A DNA stretch of 64,000 bases from a virus (lineage: Duplodnaviria; Caudoviricetes). The position numbers and the translations under genes were made by a program. Within the stretch, counting starts at the first letter, position 1; every line of letters starts with the position of its first letter. Of the stretch, positions 28,992 to 38,789 are shown in pieces. The stretch is from the IMG/VR virus record IMGVR_UViG_2721755846_000001, positions 5,152-69,151 of that record; one strand, given 5' to 3'. The notes under the pieces are model-generated. The model did no database searches, was not told the DNA's origin, and saw only the letters and a program-made list of their open reading frames with translations.

Positions 28992-29710
28992 GCGCCCTCA
29001 CCTTCCAAGAGGTTGATCCAATCCCACCGGTAGTACCTGGTACCACAGGGCGCCGCGTCGGGTGTGCCGATGCAGCGGACGTCTGTCGACGCGTCGTCGG
29101 CGACGACCAAAGCACCTCCGCAGTCGCCGCAGACGACGTCCGCGAGCATGCTCTGACGGGTGTCGTAGCCGAGGATGATCCGCGCGGACCGCACCCGTTT
29201 GCGGAGCACTTCTTTCACATCGCAAACGATTTGCTCGTATCCGCTGTCGCTGGCCATGGCGCACCAGTCGGGCAGCGCACGAAGTGCACTGACAACGCTG
29301 ACATTGCGCTCCGGATGGGCCGGATAAAGCACCTGGCGCAGTCCGCTGTAGCAGATAGCGGCGTCAATTTTGATCGACATCAACAGGTCGAGCGCTTCCT
29401 GATTGCCGGGCGCCTTCGAATGGGGCTTGTCGCCTGACGCTCCGTCACCACCCGTCATGGATACGGGCTCTGCTACAGCCTCTTGCAACTGTTCGATAAG
29501 TGACGGCAATTGAACGGTCCGGGCGCGCGCTTCGATGCTCTCCGGGCACGCGCATTCGTAGTGCTTTCGTCTCGCCGGTGACATGGCAGACCGCCATATC
29601 TGGCAGATCGTCACGTGTCTTTTGACGCTGACTTGATATTCGATGCGCTCACCCCAGCCGTACGCGAGCTGCGCCACGAGGGAGGCTATGAATTCGGCGT
29701 CACTTGCCAT
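28988..29710 (-). CDS. Zinc-ribbon protein, putative late regulator / antiterminator
   Basis: Start MASDAEF; CGDCGGAL...C...CG; position analogous to lambda Q. Confidence 0.55.
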   Translation of the reverse strand: MASDAEFIASLVAQLAYGWGERIEYQVSVKRHVTICQIWRSAMSPARRKHYECACPESIEARARTVQLPSLIEQLQEAVAEPVSMTGGDGASGDKPHSKAPGNQEALDLLMSIKIDAAICYSGLRQVLYPAHPERNVSVVSALRALPDWCAMASDSGYEQIVCDVKEVLRKRVRSARIILGYDTRQSMLADVVCGDCGGALVVADDASTDVRCIGTPDAAPCGTRYYRWDWINLLEGEGA

Positions 29711-29949
29711 CAGCGACGCCTTTGAAAGCCCGCTCGGAGTGATTGCATGAACGCCCGCGCAGCATCGTGCACGACATCGCCAGGGGGTGCCTTCGCGTCC
29801 TTGTCGACATTGATCGCATAAGGCGTCCCGCGGTGCTGGCAAGTGCAGCGCCCTTGCCCCTTGGCGCGGCACTTCGCATGACCTTCGTCGTCGAACTCGG
29901 CTGCGGCCACGGGGTACGCGGCAGCCCAACGGCAGTCATCGCAGGTCAT
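29710..29949 (-). CDS. Small Cys-rich protein
   Basis: MTCDDC...H..C......CTCQH. Confidence 0.6.
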   Translation of the reverse strand: MTCDDCRWAAAYPVAAAEFDDEGHAKCRAKGQGRCTCQHRGTPYAINVDKDAKAPPGDVVHDAARAFMQSLRAGFQRRR

Positions 29950-30231
29950 GAGCCGCTCGCAACCCAGATCAGCAGGCGCTGCGCCCGCTCGGCGAAGGTC
30001 GCGGCGTCGTGGAACGGGCAGCCGGCCAGGCGCGGCCCGCCCGGATGCACCTCGCGATGCAGGCGCTCGGCAAGGCTCGGGAGATCGTTTACGTTCACGG
30101 TCGCTCCAAGGGGCTGTACGCGGCTGTGAGCGCCGCAGGGGGGTTCCAGCGTCGCGGGACGCCGGGAAGGGGCTCTGCGAGCCGCAGAGGCGGCGTGAGA
30201 GACGCGCACGGGGCATCCAAGCCCCGCACCG

Positions 30232-30777
30232 TCAGGGGCAGTCGTCGTGCTGCGCCCAATGGACCGTGGCGTGATCGATCGCCCAGTACGGCTCACCGGG
30301 CTCGATCAGCTGACGGCAGATCTGGCAGCGATGCGCCCAGTCACTCGGGTCAGAACTGGGGTGGGTCGCAGCGCTCGCATGATTGCGGCGGTCGTAGCCC
30401 GTCTGAGGCTGAGAGAAGGCAGAGGGCGGGACCGGGCGCCCAATAGCGCTCACACGGGCTGACGGAGGGCCCGCGGGCACCTCCGTGACTGTCGTCGCAT
30501 CGCGTCCGCCCGCACCGCAGTCATGCGCCGCGACGATCGCGAGGCCTGACGTCGGGACGGACGCGATGCGCTGCCGGAGTTTCCAGGGACGCCCAGCCTG
30601 TGTGATGACGTCGAAGGTGGCGCATCCGGCGATCAGCGCCGCCCTGTACGCGTTCACGTCCAGCGGCTGGGGGTCTGCGGCCGTCGCGAGTCCGGAGACG
30701 TTGGCGGCCAGCACGACGGCGCCGCACCTGTTGCATGTCGCGATCTTTATCGCGGTGTCTATCAGGTGATCGTTTAT
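30232..30777 (-). CDS. Zinc-finger hypothetical protein, probable ATA start
   Basis: AAAGGA RBS 7 nt before in-frame ATA; extension adds CNRCG. Confidence 0.55.
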   Translation of the reverse strand: MNDHLIDTAIKIATCNRCGAVVLAANVSGLATAADPQPLDVNAYRAALIAGCATFDVITQAGRPWKLRQRIASVPTSGLAIVAAHDCGAGGRDATTVTEVPAGPPSARVSAIGRPVPPSAFSQPQTGYDRRNHASAATHPSSDPSDWAHRCQICRQLIEPGEPYWAIDHATVHWAQHDDCP

Positions 30778-30794
30778 TTGGTCTTCCTTTCTCG

Positions 30795-31056
30795 TCCGTC
30801 GCTACTTGTCGCTATGGGGGGTAGTTCCTAACCCCCCACAGATATAGCGACACGATCATGTCTTTTGATCAAGGGATAGCTACGAAAGCACTACACCGCA
30901 GGTCAGAGGTAGCGACGAAAGCACTACGGACTAGCGACGGGCACTACATGATCTTGAAACAGGTAGCTACCAAAGCACTACATGATCTTGTAAACAATCT
31001 TGAAAGCACTACACCGCAGGTCAGAGGGCACTACAGGTAGCTACGCCGCAGGTCAG
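30795..31056. repeat. Iteron-like array, putative replication origin
   Basis: GCACTAC x6, TAGC[TG]AC x6 plus 2 inverted, CCGCAGGTCAG x3; lower GC; directly downstream of helicase. Confidence 0.75.
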
Positions 31057-32378
31057 CTTTCCATCGGAGGCTGGACGTATTCGGGTCCCTGGCGGACCGT
31101 TGCGGCGACCGCTTCGACCTGTCGCAGGCCCGTGTAAGTGATCTCATAGCGCGCCGTTCCGGGGACTTTCCGAAGCAGGTCTTTCTTGATCAGACTATTG
31201 ACGTGCGTCCCGATCCGGCCGCGCTCTTCCTTGGTCAGTCCGAGCGCTGTGGCGACGCCTGTCGTCGAGACCCCTACCTCTCCGAACTCGGCCACCGCGT
31301 GCAGCACCTGAGACTGCTTCCCGGTGACGATGATCTCGACTGCGGCCGGCGGTGTGATGCCCTGCATCTGGAAAGCGAGCGAGTCGAGCAGCGGAAGGCC
31401 TTCGAACTTGATCTCCGGCGCCTCCGGGATGTCCTTCTGGAACCGGCTGACGAAGGTGACCTGAGTCGTGCCCGGCTCGCGCCGCACCTCGAACTCGGCG
31501 TCGACGGCGCCGTCCCACGCGGTCGCCCCGCGTCCGCGCCCGCCTTCCGTGCCGCTGTGGTGCACCAGCAGCACGCAGGCCTTCGTGCGCTCCTTCAGGG
31601 CGTCCAGGGCGCTGATGATGACGCCCATCTCGGTGTTGTCGTTTTCCTTCACGCCGACGGTGCAGCGCGCCTGCGTGTCGAAGATGATGAACTCGAAGCC
31701 GCCCAGCGTGCAGTACGCGATCAGCTGCCGCATCTGGTCGGCATCGCCCACCTGGACGGCTTTGGGGTACCAGGCGACCGCTGAGACTGTCGCCTGGTGC
31801 TTCTCCCACGCCGCGATGCGTTTCTTGGTGCCGCGGGCGCCCTCGGCCACGACGTACAGGACGCGTGCCTTCTGCGTGCCGTATCCGGCCCATCTCAGGC
31901 CCGTGGAAACGCACATAGCCATATCGAGAGCAATGAAGGACTTGAGGCTCTTGGGCGGTCCGAAGATCCTGCACAGCTGTTCCTTGCAAAGAAAGTCATT
32001 GATGAGCGGCTCGGCGTCGGGAATGAGCATGATCCCGTCTCTGTCCATCACGTCCACGGCGAAGGCTTCTGCCTGCTCTGCCATGCCTTCTTCCGATGTG
32101 AGCCGCTCGGTGCGTTCCTGGACGTACTCAAGCCGTGATTCGTCTTTGAGCCGCAGCTCGCGCTTGATGCCGCTTTTCTCGCGACGGTCCCTGGCTCGGT
32201 CGTCGTGCACTGCGAGCTTGACCAGCTCTTCGAATTCCTCGCGCTGGTGATCGGGGACCAGAAGGTTGATCGCCGCATATCTGGAATCGTCCGTTTCGTT
32301 GGCTCGGGCATGAGCCAGGGCATCGAGCTGCGCGGGCGCCAGCCATCGCCCCGGTTGCGCAAAAGGGGATTCCGTCAC
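31053..32378 (-). CDS. RepA-like AAA helicase (AAA_25) with C-terminal HTH
   Basis: GPPKSLKSF Walker A, YVVAEG, IIFDT, LLVHH, RGATAW. Confidence 0.9.
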   Translation of the reverse strand: MTESPFAQPGRWLAPAQLDALAHARANETDDSRYAAINLLVPDHQREEFEELVKLAVHDDRARDRREKSGIKRELRLKDESRLEYVQERTERLTSEEGMAEQAEAFAVDVMDRDGIMLIPDAEPLINDFLCKEQLCRIFGPPKSLKSFIALDMAMCVSTGLRWAGYGTQKARVLYVVAEGARGTKKRIAAWEKHQATVSAVAWYPKAVQVGDADQMRQLIAYCTLGGFEFIIFDTQARCTVGVKENDNTEMGVIISALDALKERTKACVLLVHHSGTEGGRGRGATAWDGAVDAEFEVRREPGTTQVTFVSRFQKDIPEAPEIKFEGLPLLDSLAFQMQGITPPAAVEIIVTGKQSQVLHAVAEFGEVGVSTTGVATALGLTKEERGRIGTHVNSLIKKDLLRKVPGTARYEITYTGLRQVEAVAATVRQGPEYVQPPMES

Positions 32379-32443
32379 GGCTGCGCGCCTTTCGTCCTGC
32401 TGTCATGGTCACTTGGCTTCACAACAGGCGGGCTGTTCTCGCA

Positions 32444-33040
32444 TCACTGCCTCTTCCTTCTTTTTGCAAACAGTGGCGCAACGTCTCTGGGTGTGATCGT
32501 TCCGGCTGCCCACAGGACGCTGACGGCGTGCGGCTCGCTCCACGCGTACAGCACGTCAAGGAGCTTCAGCCGCTGGACGTCCTTGGGCGACATCGGGCGC
32601 CGGCGCCCTTGCACCAGGGCCAGCACCGACGCGGCATAGGGGGCTGTCTCCGCGCTTTTGGGCGGGCGCGGACCCGACGTGTCCGGTGTGATGAGTTCGT
32701 ATGCCAGGCACACCGCCACGGCCGCGCTGAGGCTGGGCGTGACGCGCAGCCTCCGGCGGGCGCGCATGATGCTCTGCCGGACGCCGTCGACAGTGACGCC
32801 GTCGCGCTCTGCGATCTCTTCTTCGGTCATGCCGTCGGCGCGGCCCTGGAGTACGTCTAGCTGCCCCGGCGTCGGCGCGAGAGCGAGCGGCGGCAGCGGG
32901 CGGGCCCTGCGCGCCGCGACTTCGCACGGCAGGCAGTAGCGCCGCGGCATGCCGTCCGCCTTGCGTCTGAACGCGACGTTGTGCGGGTCGTTCAGCGAGT
33001 GCAGTCCGCGCCCGCACCAGTCCTGCCGTGGTCTTCCCAT
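32444..33040 (-). CDS. Zinc-finger plus LuxR/sigma-region-4 type HTH regulator
   Basis: C.RG.H...RYCLPC; GMTEEEIAERDGVTVDGVRQSIMRARRRL. Confidence 0.7.
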   Translation of the reverse strand: MGRPRQDWCGRGLHSLNDPHNVAFRRKADGMPRRYCLPCEVAARRARPLPPLALAPTPGQLDVLQGRADGMTEEEIAERDGVTVDGVRQSIMRARRRLRVTPSLSAAVAVCLAYELITPDTSGPRPPKSAETAPYAASVLALVQGRRRPMSPKDVQRLKLLDVLYAWSEPHAVSVLWAAGTITPRDVAPLFAKRRKRQ

Positions 33041-33043
33041 CGC

Positions 33044-33325
33044 TCACCCCCTGAGTCCGCGTATGACGTCCCGCCACGTGCGCACCGTCGCCGCCGCGGC
33101 GGCTGGCGTGTCGAGCGTGTGAACGATGCCCACCGGGTCCGGCACGGCGAGCGCAGGGCGCAGAGGCGGCTTCCACGCCCCTTCCCGGGGTGCCTTCGAC
33201 GGCGGGCCCCCCGACCCCGGGCAGCGCGGCCCTAGGTATGTCTCCAAGTGATGGATCAACACCCCGCCCTGCACCTCGACTTCCTTGTTGCAGAAGCGGC
33301 AGTAGCCCCATACGACTTCGCTCAC
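33044..33325 (-). CDS. Hypothetical zinc-binding protein
   Basis: CRFC...HH...CPGSG. Confidence 0.6.
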   Translation of the reverse strand: MSEVVWGYCRFCNKEVEVQGGVLIHHLETYLGPRCPGSGGPPSKAPREGAWKPPLRPALAVPDPVGIVHTLDTPAAAAATVRTWRDVIRGLRG

Positions 33326-34521
33326 GGGCCGGCCCCCGGCTCCGGGATGCGCTCCCGCAGCTCCCTGCGCACGAACCGGCCGACGTCGCGCGCGACTTCT
33401 TCCGCGTAGCCGGGCTCGCCGAAGACGGACGGACTGATGGCCGCGGACACTTGCAGCTCCCCGGACGGGGCGCGCAGCCGCAGTGTCAGCGTCTGCAACC
33501 CGTCGGTGTAGTCGCTGTCTCCGAGCTGCATGTCCGCGTCCTCCGGGGGCGCCCCCGTGACGTCGATGTACGCCTGCCGCACTTCGACCAGGACGCGGGC
33601 GATCGGTTCCGACATCGCGTCGCCGGTGTACTGGATCTCCGATGACCGGGCGGCGTTGCGGAAGAAGTCCGCTGACGATGGCCTGAAGCGCCGTTCGAGC
33701 TGCGTCCGCGCCTCTGCGGTGGCCCGCCGGATCAGGTCGTCCAGCGCTGCCTGATCGGCCAGGACAGGGGCGGGTATGTGCGTTGCGAACTGGAAGCCGT
33801 CCGGCTGTATGTACCCGTGCAGCTGCGCGCCGCCTCTGCCGTCGGGCTCCGGTGTGATGTGCACGGACTGTCGCTGCCCGGTGACGTCCGCAAGCACCGT
33901 CTCCAGCGCGTCGCGCAGGTCTCGCGCCGCATGACGCATCGCGGTATGGCGCTCTGTCAGAGGCAAGTCCGGCGCCTCGTTGATCGTCATTGAGCTGACG
34001 ATGTCCGTGATGTCGACGCCGTTCACTGCGACATGCGACGGCCGCAGGCTCTGCGGCACGGTGCTGGACGTCATCGCCTCGCGCACCGCGCCGCGGTTCG
34101 TCGCCGCCTGTATGGCGCGTTCCAACTGCTCAGTCGTCAGCGTGTGCTCTTCGGCGACGACCGCCGGAAAGCCTGCGATGGTCTCGCGCATCGCCTCGCC
34201 CGTGCTGAGGAATGCCTCGCTGGTCGCGTGCGCCGCTCGCGCGAGCGTCTCTGAGATGACGTCGCCCAGCCGTATGGGACCGTCGTCCTGGGACGGCGAC
34301 AGGACGGTCTCAGGCACCCACGCCCAGTCTTCGGAGTCGTCCAGCGCGGCCGGCTCGCCCTTGGAGCCGCCGCACTCTTCGACGTCGTAGCCCATGCCGT
34401 TGACGACGACGTGATGGGTCCGCAAAACAAGATCCCCCTGGCCGTCGGGCACCAGGGGGATCAGCTTGCGGCAGCGAGGGCAGGCGCCCTCTTCGGGATC
34501 TTTACTTCGCTTGCGGGGCAT
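33322..34521 (-). CDS. Hypothetical protein with N-terminal zinc motif
   Basis: 399 aa; CPRC...H...CGGS; operonic overlaps. Confidence 0.6.
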   Translation of the reverse strand: MPRKRSKDPEEGACPRCRKLIPLVPDGQGDLVLRTHHVVVNGMGYDVEECGGSKGEPAALDDSEDWAWVPETVLSPSQDDGPIRLGDVISETLARAAHATSEAFLSTGEAMRETIAGFPAVVAEEHTLTTEQLERAIQAATNRGAVREAMTSSTVPQSLRPSHVAVNGVDITDIVSSMTINEAPDLPLTERHTAMRHAARDLRDALETVLADVTGQRQSVHITPEPDGRGGAQLHGYIQPDGFQFATHIPAPVLADQAALDDLIRRATAEARTQLERRFRPSSADFFRNAARSSEIQYTGDAMSEPIARVLVEVRQAYIDVTGAPPEDADMQLGDSDYTDGLQTLTLRLRAPSGELQVSAAISPSVFGEPGYAEEVARDVGRFVRRELRERIPEPGAGP

Positions 34522-34726
34522 CGCTCACCTTCTTGGGCCTGATCACGTCGGCGAGTTCGTCAACGATGTCGTCCAGCTCCGGCGTGATGTGATCCGCCGC
34601 ATAGCTGGTGATCTTCTCGGCGCAGTCGTGCGCGGTCTCCCGCTCAATGCCCTTCAGCAACCGGTCCAGTTCCACGTCAGTGAGGACGCCCCGGAAGGCG
34701 TCCCAGGCCTCTTCGTACGCGCTCAC
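34502..34726 (-). CDS. Hypothetical protein
   Basis: 74 aa, overlaps neighbours. Confidence 0.55.
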   Translation of the reverse strand: MSAYEEAWDAFRGVLTDVELDRLLKGIERETAHDCAEKITSYAADHITPELDDIVDELADVIRPKKVSDAPQAK

Positions 34727-34898
34727 CGGTCGCTCACCTCCGGGTCGATCCGCGCGGCGGCTACGTCGCAGGTACCGGCTCCTGCGAGGCAGTTGCAGCC
34801 TTCGCGGATCTGTTCGGCCAGCAGGTGCGCGTGAGCGTCCAGCATCTGGGCGAAGGTCGCCCCGTTCGCGTGCATCAGGGCGAGGTCACCTTGCATGG

Positions 34899-35429
34899 TC
34901 ATTCGCTGTCCAGACTCTTCGGGTCGCGCGGGTCGATGAGTGCTGCGGCGTGCGATGCCGTCGCCTTGTCCACGCCGTCGACGATCAGCCGGTCGCGGAT
35001 CTTGTCGGACGCCTGCATGAGCGCCCTGTTCCGTACGCCCATCGCGGCGTTGCCCCATGCGGCGCGGATCTTTACGGGGAGGTCGTCCCACTCCGGCATG
35101 GGCTCGCCGCGGTAGTTGAGGCCATCGACGATGACGCTGTACGCCGCGTACGCGTGCTTGCCGTCGTGCCCGCCCGCGTCCTCGCCAACGATCTGCCGCG
35201 CCGCGGTGACGATGCAGTCGCGCGGCACGATGACGGCCCGCTCGTCCGGTCCGATGCTCGCCCCGGAGACGCCCGCGAACGAGGATGCGCGGATACTGCC
35301 GCCCACCCCGTTGCCGCTGTCGATCTTCCCGATAACGAGATAGTCGCCGCCGTCCAGTTCGAAGACGTCGGGGCAGCTCTGTCCGGTCGCGCTCCCCCGC
35401 TGCTGCGGCGTTGAGCCGATGCGGCGCAT
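34899..35429 (-). CDS. Hypothetical protein
   Basis: Start MRRIGST overlapping upstream TGA; SCPDVFELDGGDYLVIG. Confidence 0.6.
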   Translation of the reverse strand: MRRIGSTPQQRGSATGQSCPDVFELDGGDYLVIGKIDSGNGVGGSIRASSFAGVSGASIGPDERAVIVPRDCIVTAARQIVGEDAGGHDGKHAYAAYSVIVDGLNYRGEPMPEWDDLPVKIRAAWGNAAMGVRNRALMQASDKIRDRLIVDGVDKATASHAAALIDPRDPKSLDSE

Positions 35430-35658
35430 CAGTTGCTCTCCTTCGTCATGTACGGCTCGCTGTCCTCGCCGCGGACCGCATCCCATTCGTCGCCGATCTC
35501 CAGCGAGTCATTCCGGCTGTCGCCGCACTGATGGCACAGCGACGGCGACGCGGCTTCGGTCGCAAGCTCTGCGATCTTCTCGGGGTCGGTCTCGTCCGTC
35601 TCGACCGTGACGGCGATGTTCGCCCAGCCGGTGAGCGGGACCGTGTACTTAGGCATAG

Positions 35659-35662
<4 letters not shown>
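35429..35662 (-). CDS. Hypothetical protein
   Basis: 77 aa; LCHQC. Confidence 0.6.
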
Positions 35663-36171
<509 letters not shown>

Positions 36172-36185
36172 GACTCTCCGATCGA

Positions 36186-36224
36186 GGGCATACGAAAGCC
36201 CGCCCCCAGTCAGGAGCGGGCGGG
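36186..36224 (-). terminator. Intrinsic terminator
   Basis: GCCCGCTCC...GGGGCGGGCTTTCGTATGCCC. Confidence 0.6.
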
Positions 36225-36233
36225 ATGGTGCGG

Positions 36234-36539
36234 CTATGCGTTGTCCGGGAAGCGCGCGCCCAGCTCAGCTTCGGTCAAGTCGCGCTGCGTCTCGTCATAG
36301 AAGTCGTGCTGATCGAGCGTCACCGCGACGGCGTGCGCTTCGGGCCGGACGATCGCCGTCATCGGATCGGCGAGGATCTTGATCGCGAGATCAACCCAGT
36401 GATCCCACGGCCCTTCCGCGTTGTTGTTGCTGTTGCGCGGCGACCAGGACGTGAACCAATCATCCATCCACGGCGCCCACTGCACGCCGCACCGCTTCCC
36501 GCCCTGGATCGCGGGCACCTCTTCGTACTCACCGGGCAT
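36234..36539 (-). CDS. Hypothetical protein
   Basis: 101 aa, Trp-rich. Confidence 0.55.
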   Translation of the reverse strand: MPGEYEEVPAIQGGKRCGVQWAPWMDDWFTSWSPRNSNNNAEGPWDHWVDLAIKILADPMTAIVRPEAHAVAVTLDQHDFYDETQRDLTEAELGARFPDNA

Positions 36540-37401
36540 CGCTGCCGTCCTCCCTGAACTGTTCGAGTAGCCCCGCGTCGTCCAAAGCTCCGAGCGCCCG
36601 CCGCGCTGCCACGGGGTCCGGGTAGGGCTCGCTGCCAGCCACGTACTCAGCGACCCGCACGAGGCCGCGCAGCGCCTCCCTGGGGACGCTGACGGTGCCG
36701 TCGGGCGGGCAGTCGCACCCTTCGCCTTCCGTGTGCCCGCAGCCCCGGCAGCGCTCCGTCCACTGCGCCCCGTTGGCGTCTTCGTGCCAGCCCTTGTGCC
36801 GCTCGCGCTTGATGCACGGGCCGAACGTCATGTCCGCCGTGGTTGCGGACGCCTCGCAGTCGCGCGGCCCGCAGCCGGGTCCCGGGCAGTCTTCGACGCG
36901 GCCCGTGTGCTTGCCGGTGATCCCGTCGCCGTTGTCTCCGTAGTGGAATGGCGGGCCGGTAGGCGGCTCGCTGAACGACGGCAGCGGTCCGAGCCCGATG
37001 TCACCGGGCGACCCCTCGCCGGGTTCGGGGCGGTCGTCGCATTCGCACGGCGCCCCGAAGCCCGCGCCGCACGTGATTGCGTGGCCGGTGGTCGCCTCGT
37101 AGTCGTCGGCGCCCTCGATCGGACACCCCCCGACGGCGCGACCGCATCGCGTGCACCGGTCATGCATTGAGCCGCACGGCTCCGGGCAGACGGAGCGGTC
37201 GAACCAGGTCGATACGCCGATGCCTGAGTGACTGCACGGCGCAGCGAAGGGCGGATCGCTCCCGATGATCGCCGGGTTGGTGTAGGCGTCGACGAAGTCC
37301 GGTTCCGGCGACTGCCCGGGGCTGTAGCCCGACGGCGCCTCCGGATGCCCCATGTACCACCAGACGGAGCGCCAGAACGCGGCGGTGAAGAACTCCTTCA
37401 C
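36529..37401 (-). CDS. Multi-Cys/His composite hypothetical protein
   Basis: GTG start (MKEFFTAAFW) after GGAGG, overlapping upstream stop. Confidence 0.55.
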   Translation of the reverse strand: MKEFFTAAFWRSVWWYMGHPEAPSGYSPGQSPEPDFVDAYTNPAIIGSDPPFAAPCSHSGIGVSTWFDRSVCPEPCGSMHDRCTRCGRAVGGCPIEGADDYEATTGHAITCGAGFGAPCECDDRPEPGEGSPGDIGLGPLPSFSEPPTGPPFHYGDNGDGITGKHTGRVEDCPGPGCGPRDCEASATTADMTFGPCIKRERHKGWHEDANGAQWTERCRGCGHTEGEGCDCPPDGTVSVPREALRGLVRVAEYVAGSEPYPDPVAARRALGALDDAGLLEQFREDGSDAR

Positions 37402-37859
37402 GCCGTTCCCTCCTTTCTCTGCGGCACGATGACGGCGGCTTCGGTGAGCACGCCGCGGGCTCGCAGCTCTCCCGCGAGGGCGGGCGTGACGCGGTGCCCG
37501 ATGATGAGCAGCTGCCCTGAAGTCAGCTCGAAAGCGTTGCCGTCCACGCGCCGCGTGATCCGGTCCTCTGCCCGGTAGCGGACGTACAGCCGGTACTCGC
37601 CGTCGATGGTGCGCGCCGTCGCGTCGTACGCGTAGGCCGGCCGGTACGCGGACAGCTGCCCCATCTTGATGCGGGTCGCCATCGTGCTGGACGAATTGAT
37701 ACGGCAGTACGCGCCGACGAACGCCCATTCGCCGGGGCGTGCCCGCAGCGCTGCCGCGATCGCCCGGTGCTTCAGGACGCTGCCGCGCCGCGTCGTCGGG
37801 GCGTGGGTGCCGGGCGCCGCGCGGCGCGTCGGCGGATCCTCGAAGCGGAGCAGGGTCAC
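37398..37859 (-). CDS. Hypothetical protein, paralog A (RPGEWA family)
   Basis: FEDPP...AAALRARPGEWA...AYRPA. Confidence 0.7.
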   Translation of the reverse strand: MTLLRFEDPPTRRAAPGTHAPTTRRGSVLKHRAIAAALRARPGEWAFVGAYCRINSSSTMATRIKMGQLSAYRPAYAYDATARTIDGEYRLYVRYRAEDRITRRVDGNAFELTSGQLLIIGHRVTPALAGELRARGVLTEAAVIVPQRKEGTA

Positions 37860-38104
37860 TGCCGCCCCTCACGCCGCAGCGCCGCGGCCATCAGGTCCAT
37901 GGGCTGCTTGGCCGCCGACTCTGGGCCGCTCTCCCGGATGGCGTCGGCGACATCCAGCAGTGCGGCGGCGATGGCGAGTTGAGCCCGGGCCCCCGCTGCC
38001 GCAACCAACTGGTCGGCGGTGAAGCCGCGCGGCTTGTTCAGGTCCCCCCTGGTCTCATTGATCTCGGCTGTCGCGAAGTCTCGCGGCGTCTGATCGGCAG
38101 GCAT
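37856..38104 (-). CDS. Hypothetical protein
   Basis: Start MPADQTP overlapping upstream TGA. Confidence 0.5.
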   Translation of the reverse strand: MPADQTPRDFATAEINETRGDLNKPRGFTADQLVAAAGARAQLAIAAALLDVADAIRESGPESAAKQPMDLMAAALRREGRQ

Positions 38105-38373
38105 CAGGTGCCCTCCCCTCGGTACATCGCGTAGGTGCGGTGCTCGCCGTTGACGGTCCGCCCCACAGCGTCGAAGGCGCCGGCCGGTCGGTAGGCGTGC
38201 GGGTGCCCGCTCTTGATGCGTCCCGCCGCGGTGTTGGCGGCGCCACCGGTCGCGTGCGTGCCGACGATGGCCCACTCGCCGGGGCGCGCCTTCAGCTCCG
38301 CGGCGACCGCGGCGTGGTCGACACGCGACCCGAGCCGCGCGGCGGGCGGCGGATCCTCGAAGTGAAGTCCCAT
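38104..38373 (-). CDS. Hypothetical protein, paralog B (RPGEWA family)
   Basis: FEDPP...AAELKARPGEWA...AYRPA. Confidence 0.7.
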   Translation of the reverse strand: MGLHFEDPPPAARLGSRVDHAAVAAELKARPGEWAIVGTHATGGAANTAAGRIKSGHPHAYRPAGAFDAVGRTVNGEHRTYAMYRGEGT

Positions 38374-38375
38374 GG

Positions 38376-38789
38376 CTATGCCGTCCCTCCCATGATCGCG
38401 GCCAGTTCGCGGTCCATGTCGACGCCGTCCATCTCGTGGCACAGCGGCACCGCCGCATAGGTCAGCGTCAGGAACTGGTCGATGTCGTCGGCTATCGCAT
38501 GGAGTTCGCAGCGCCCGTCGGGGCTGTCCAGCGTGATGTGAACTTCGACGGGGTTGCACCGCCAGACGCGGACGTCGCCGCCTGTGCGGGGTTCGAGCTG
38601 CCGGGCGAGGCCGTCGGTGAGCAGGTCGCGGGCGAACGTCCACACCTGGACAGTGCCGTGCATCTCGTCACGGGTGACCATGACGACGGCGTAGGGATCA
38701 TCCGGCTCGTAGATCAGTTCGGAGCCTTCGAGCGGGCGGACGTGCCCGCGTCCGAGGATCAGTTCGAGGTCGATCGGTAGGGTTATCAC
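38376..38789 (-). CDS. SsgA-like protein (SALP; sporulation cell-division family)
   Basis: YEPDDPYAV, WTFARDLL..GL, GDVRVW, L.SPDG, FL..T...VP...E motifs; 137 aa. Confidence 0.9.
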   Translation of the reverse strand: MITLPIDLELILGRGHVRPLEGSELIYEPDDPYAVVMVTRDEMHGTVQVWTFARDLLTDGLARQLEPRTGGDVRVWRCNPVEVHITLDSPDGRCELHAIADDIDQFLTLTYAAVPLCHEMDGVDMDRELAAIMGGTA

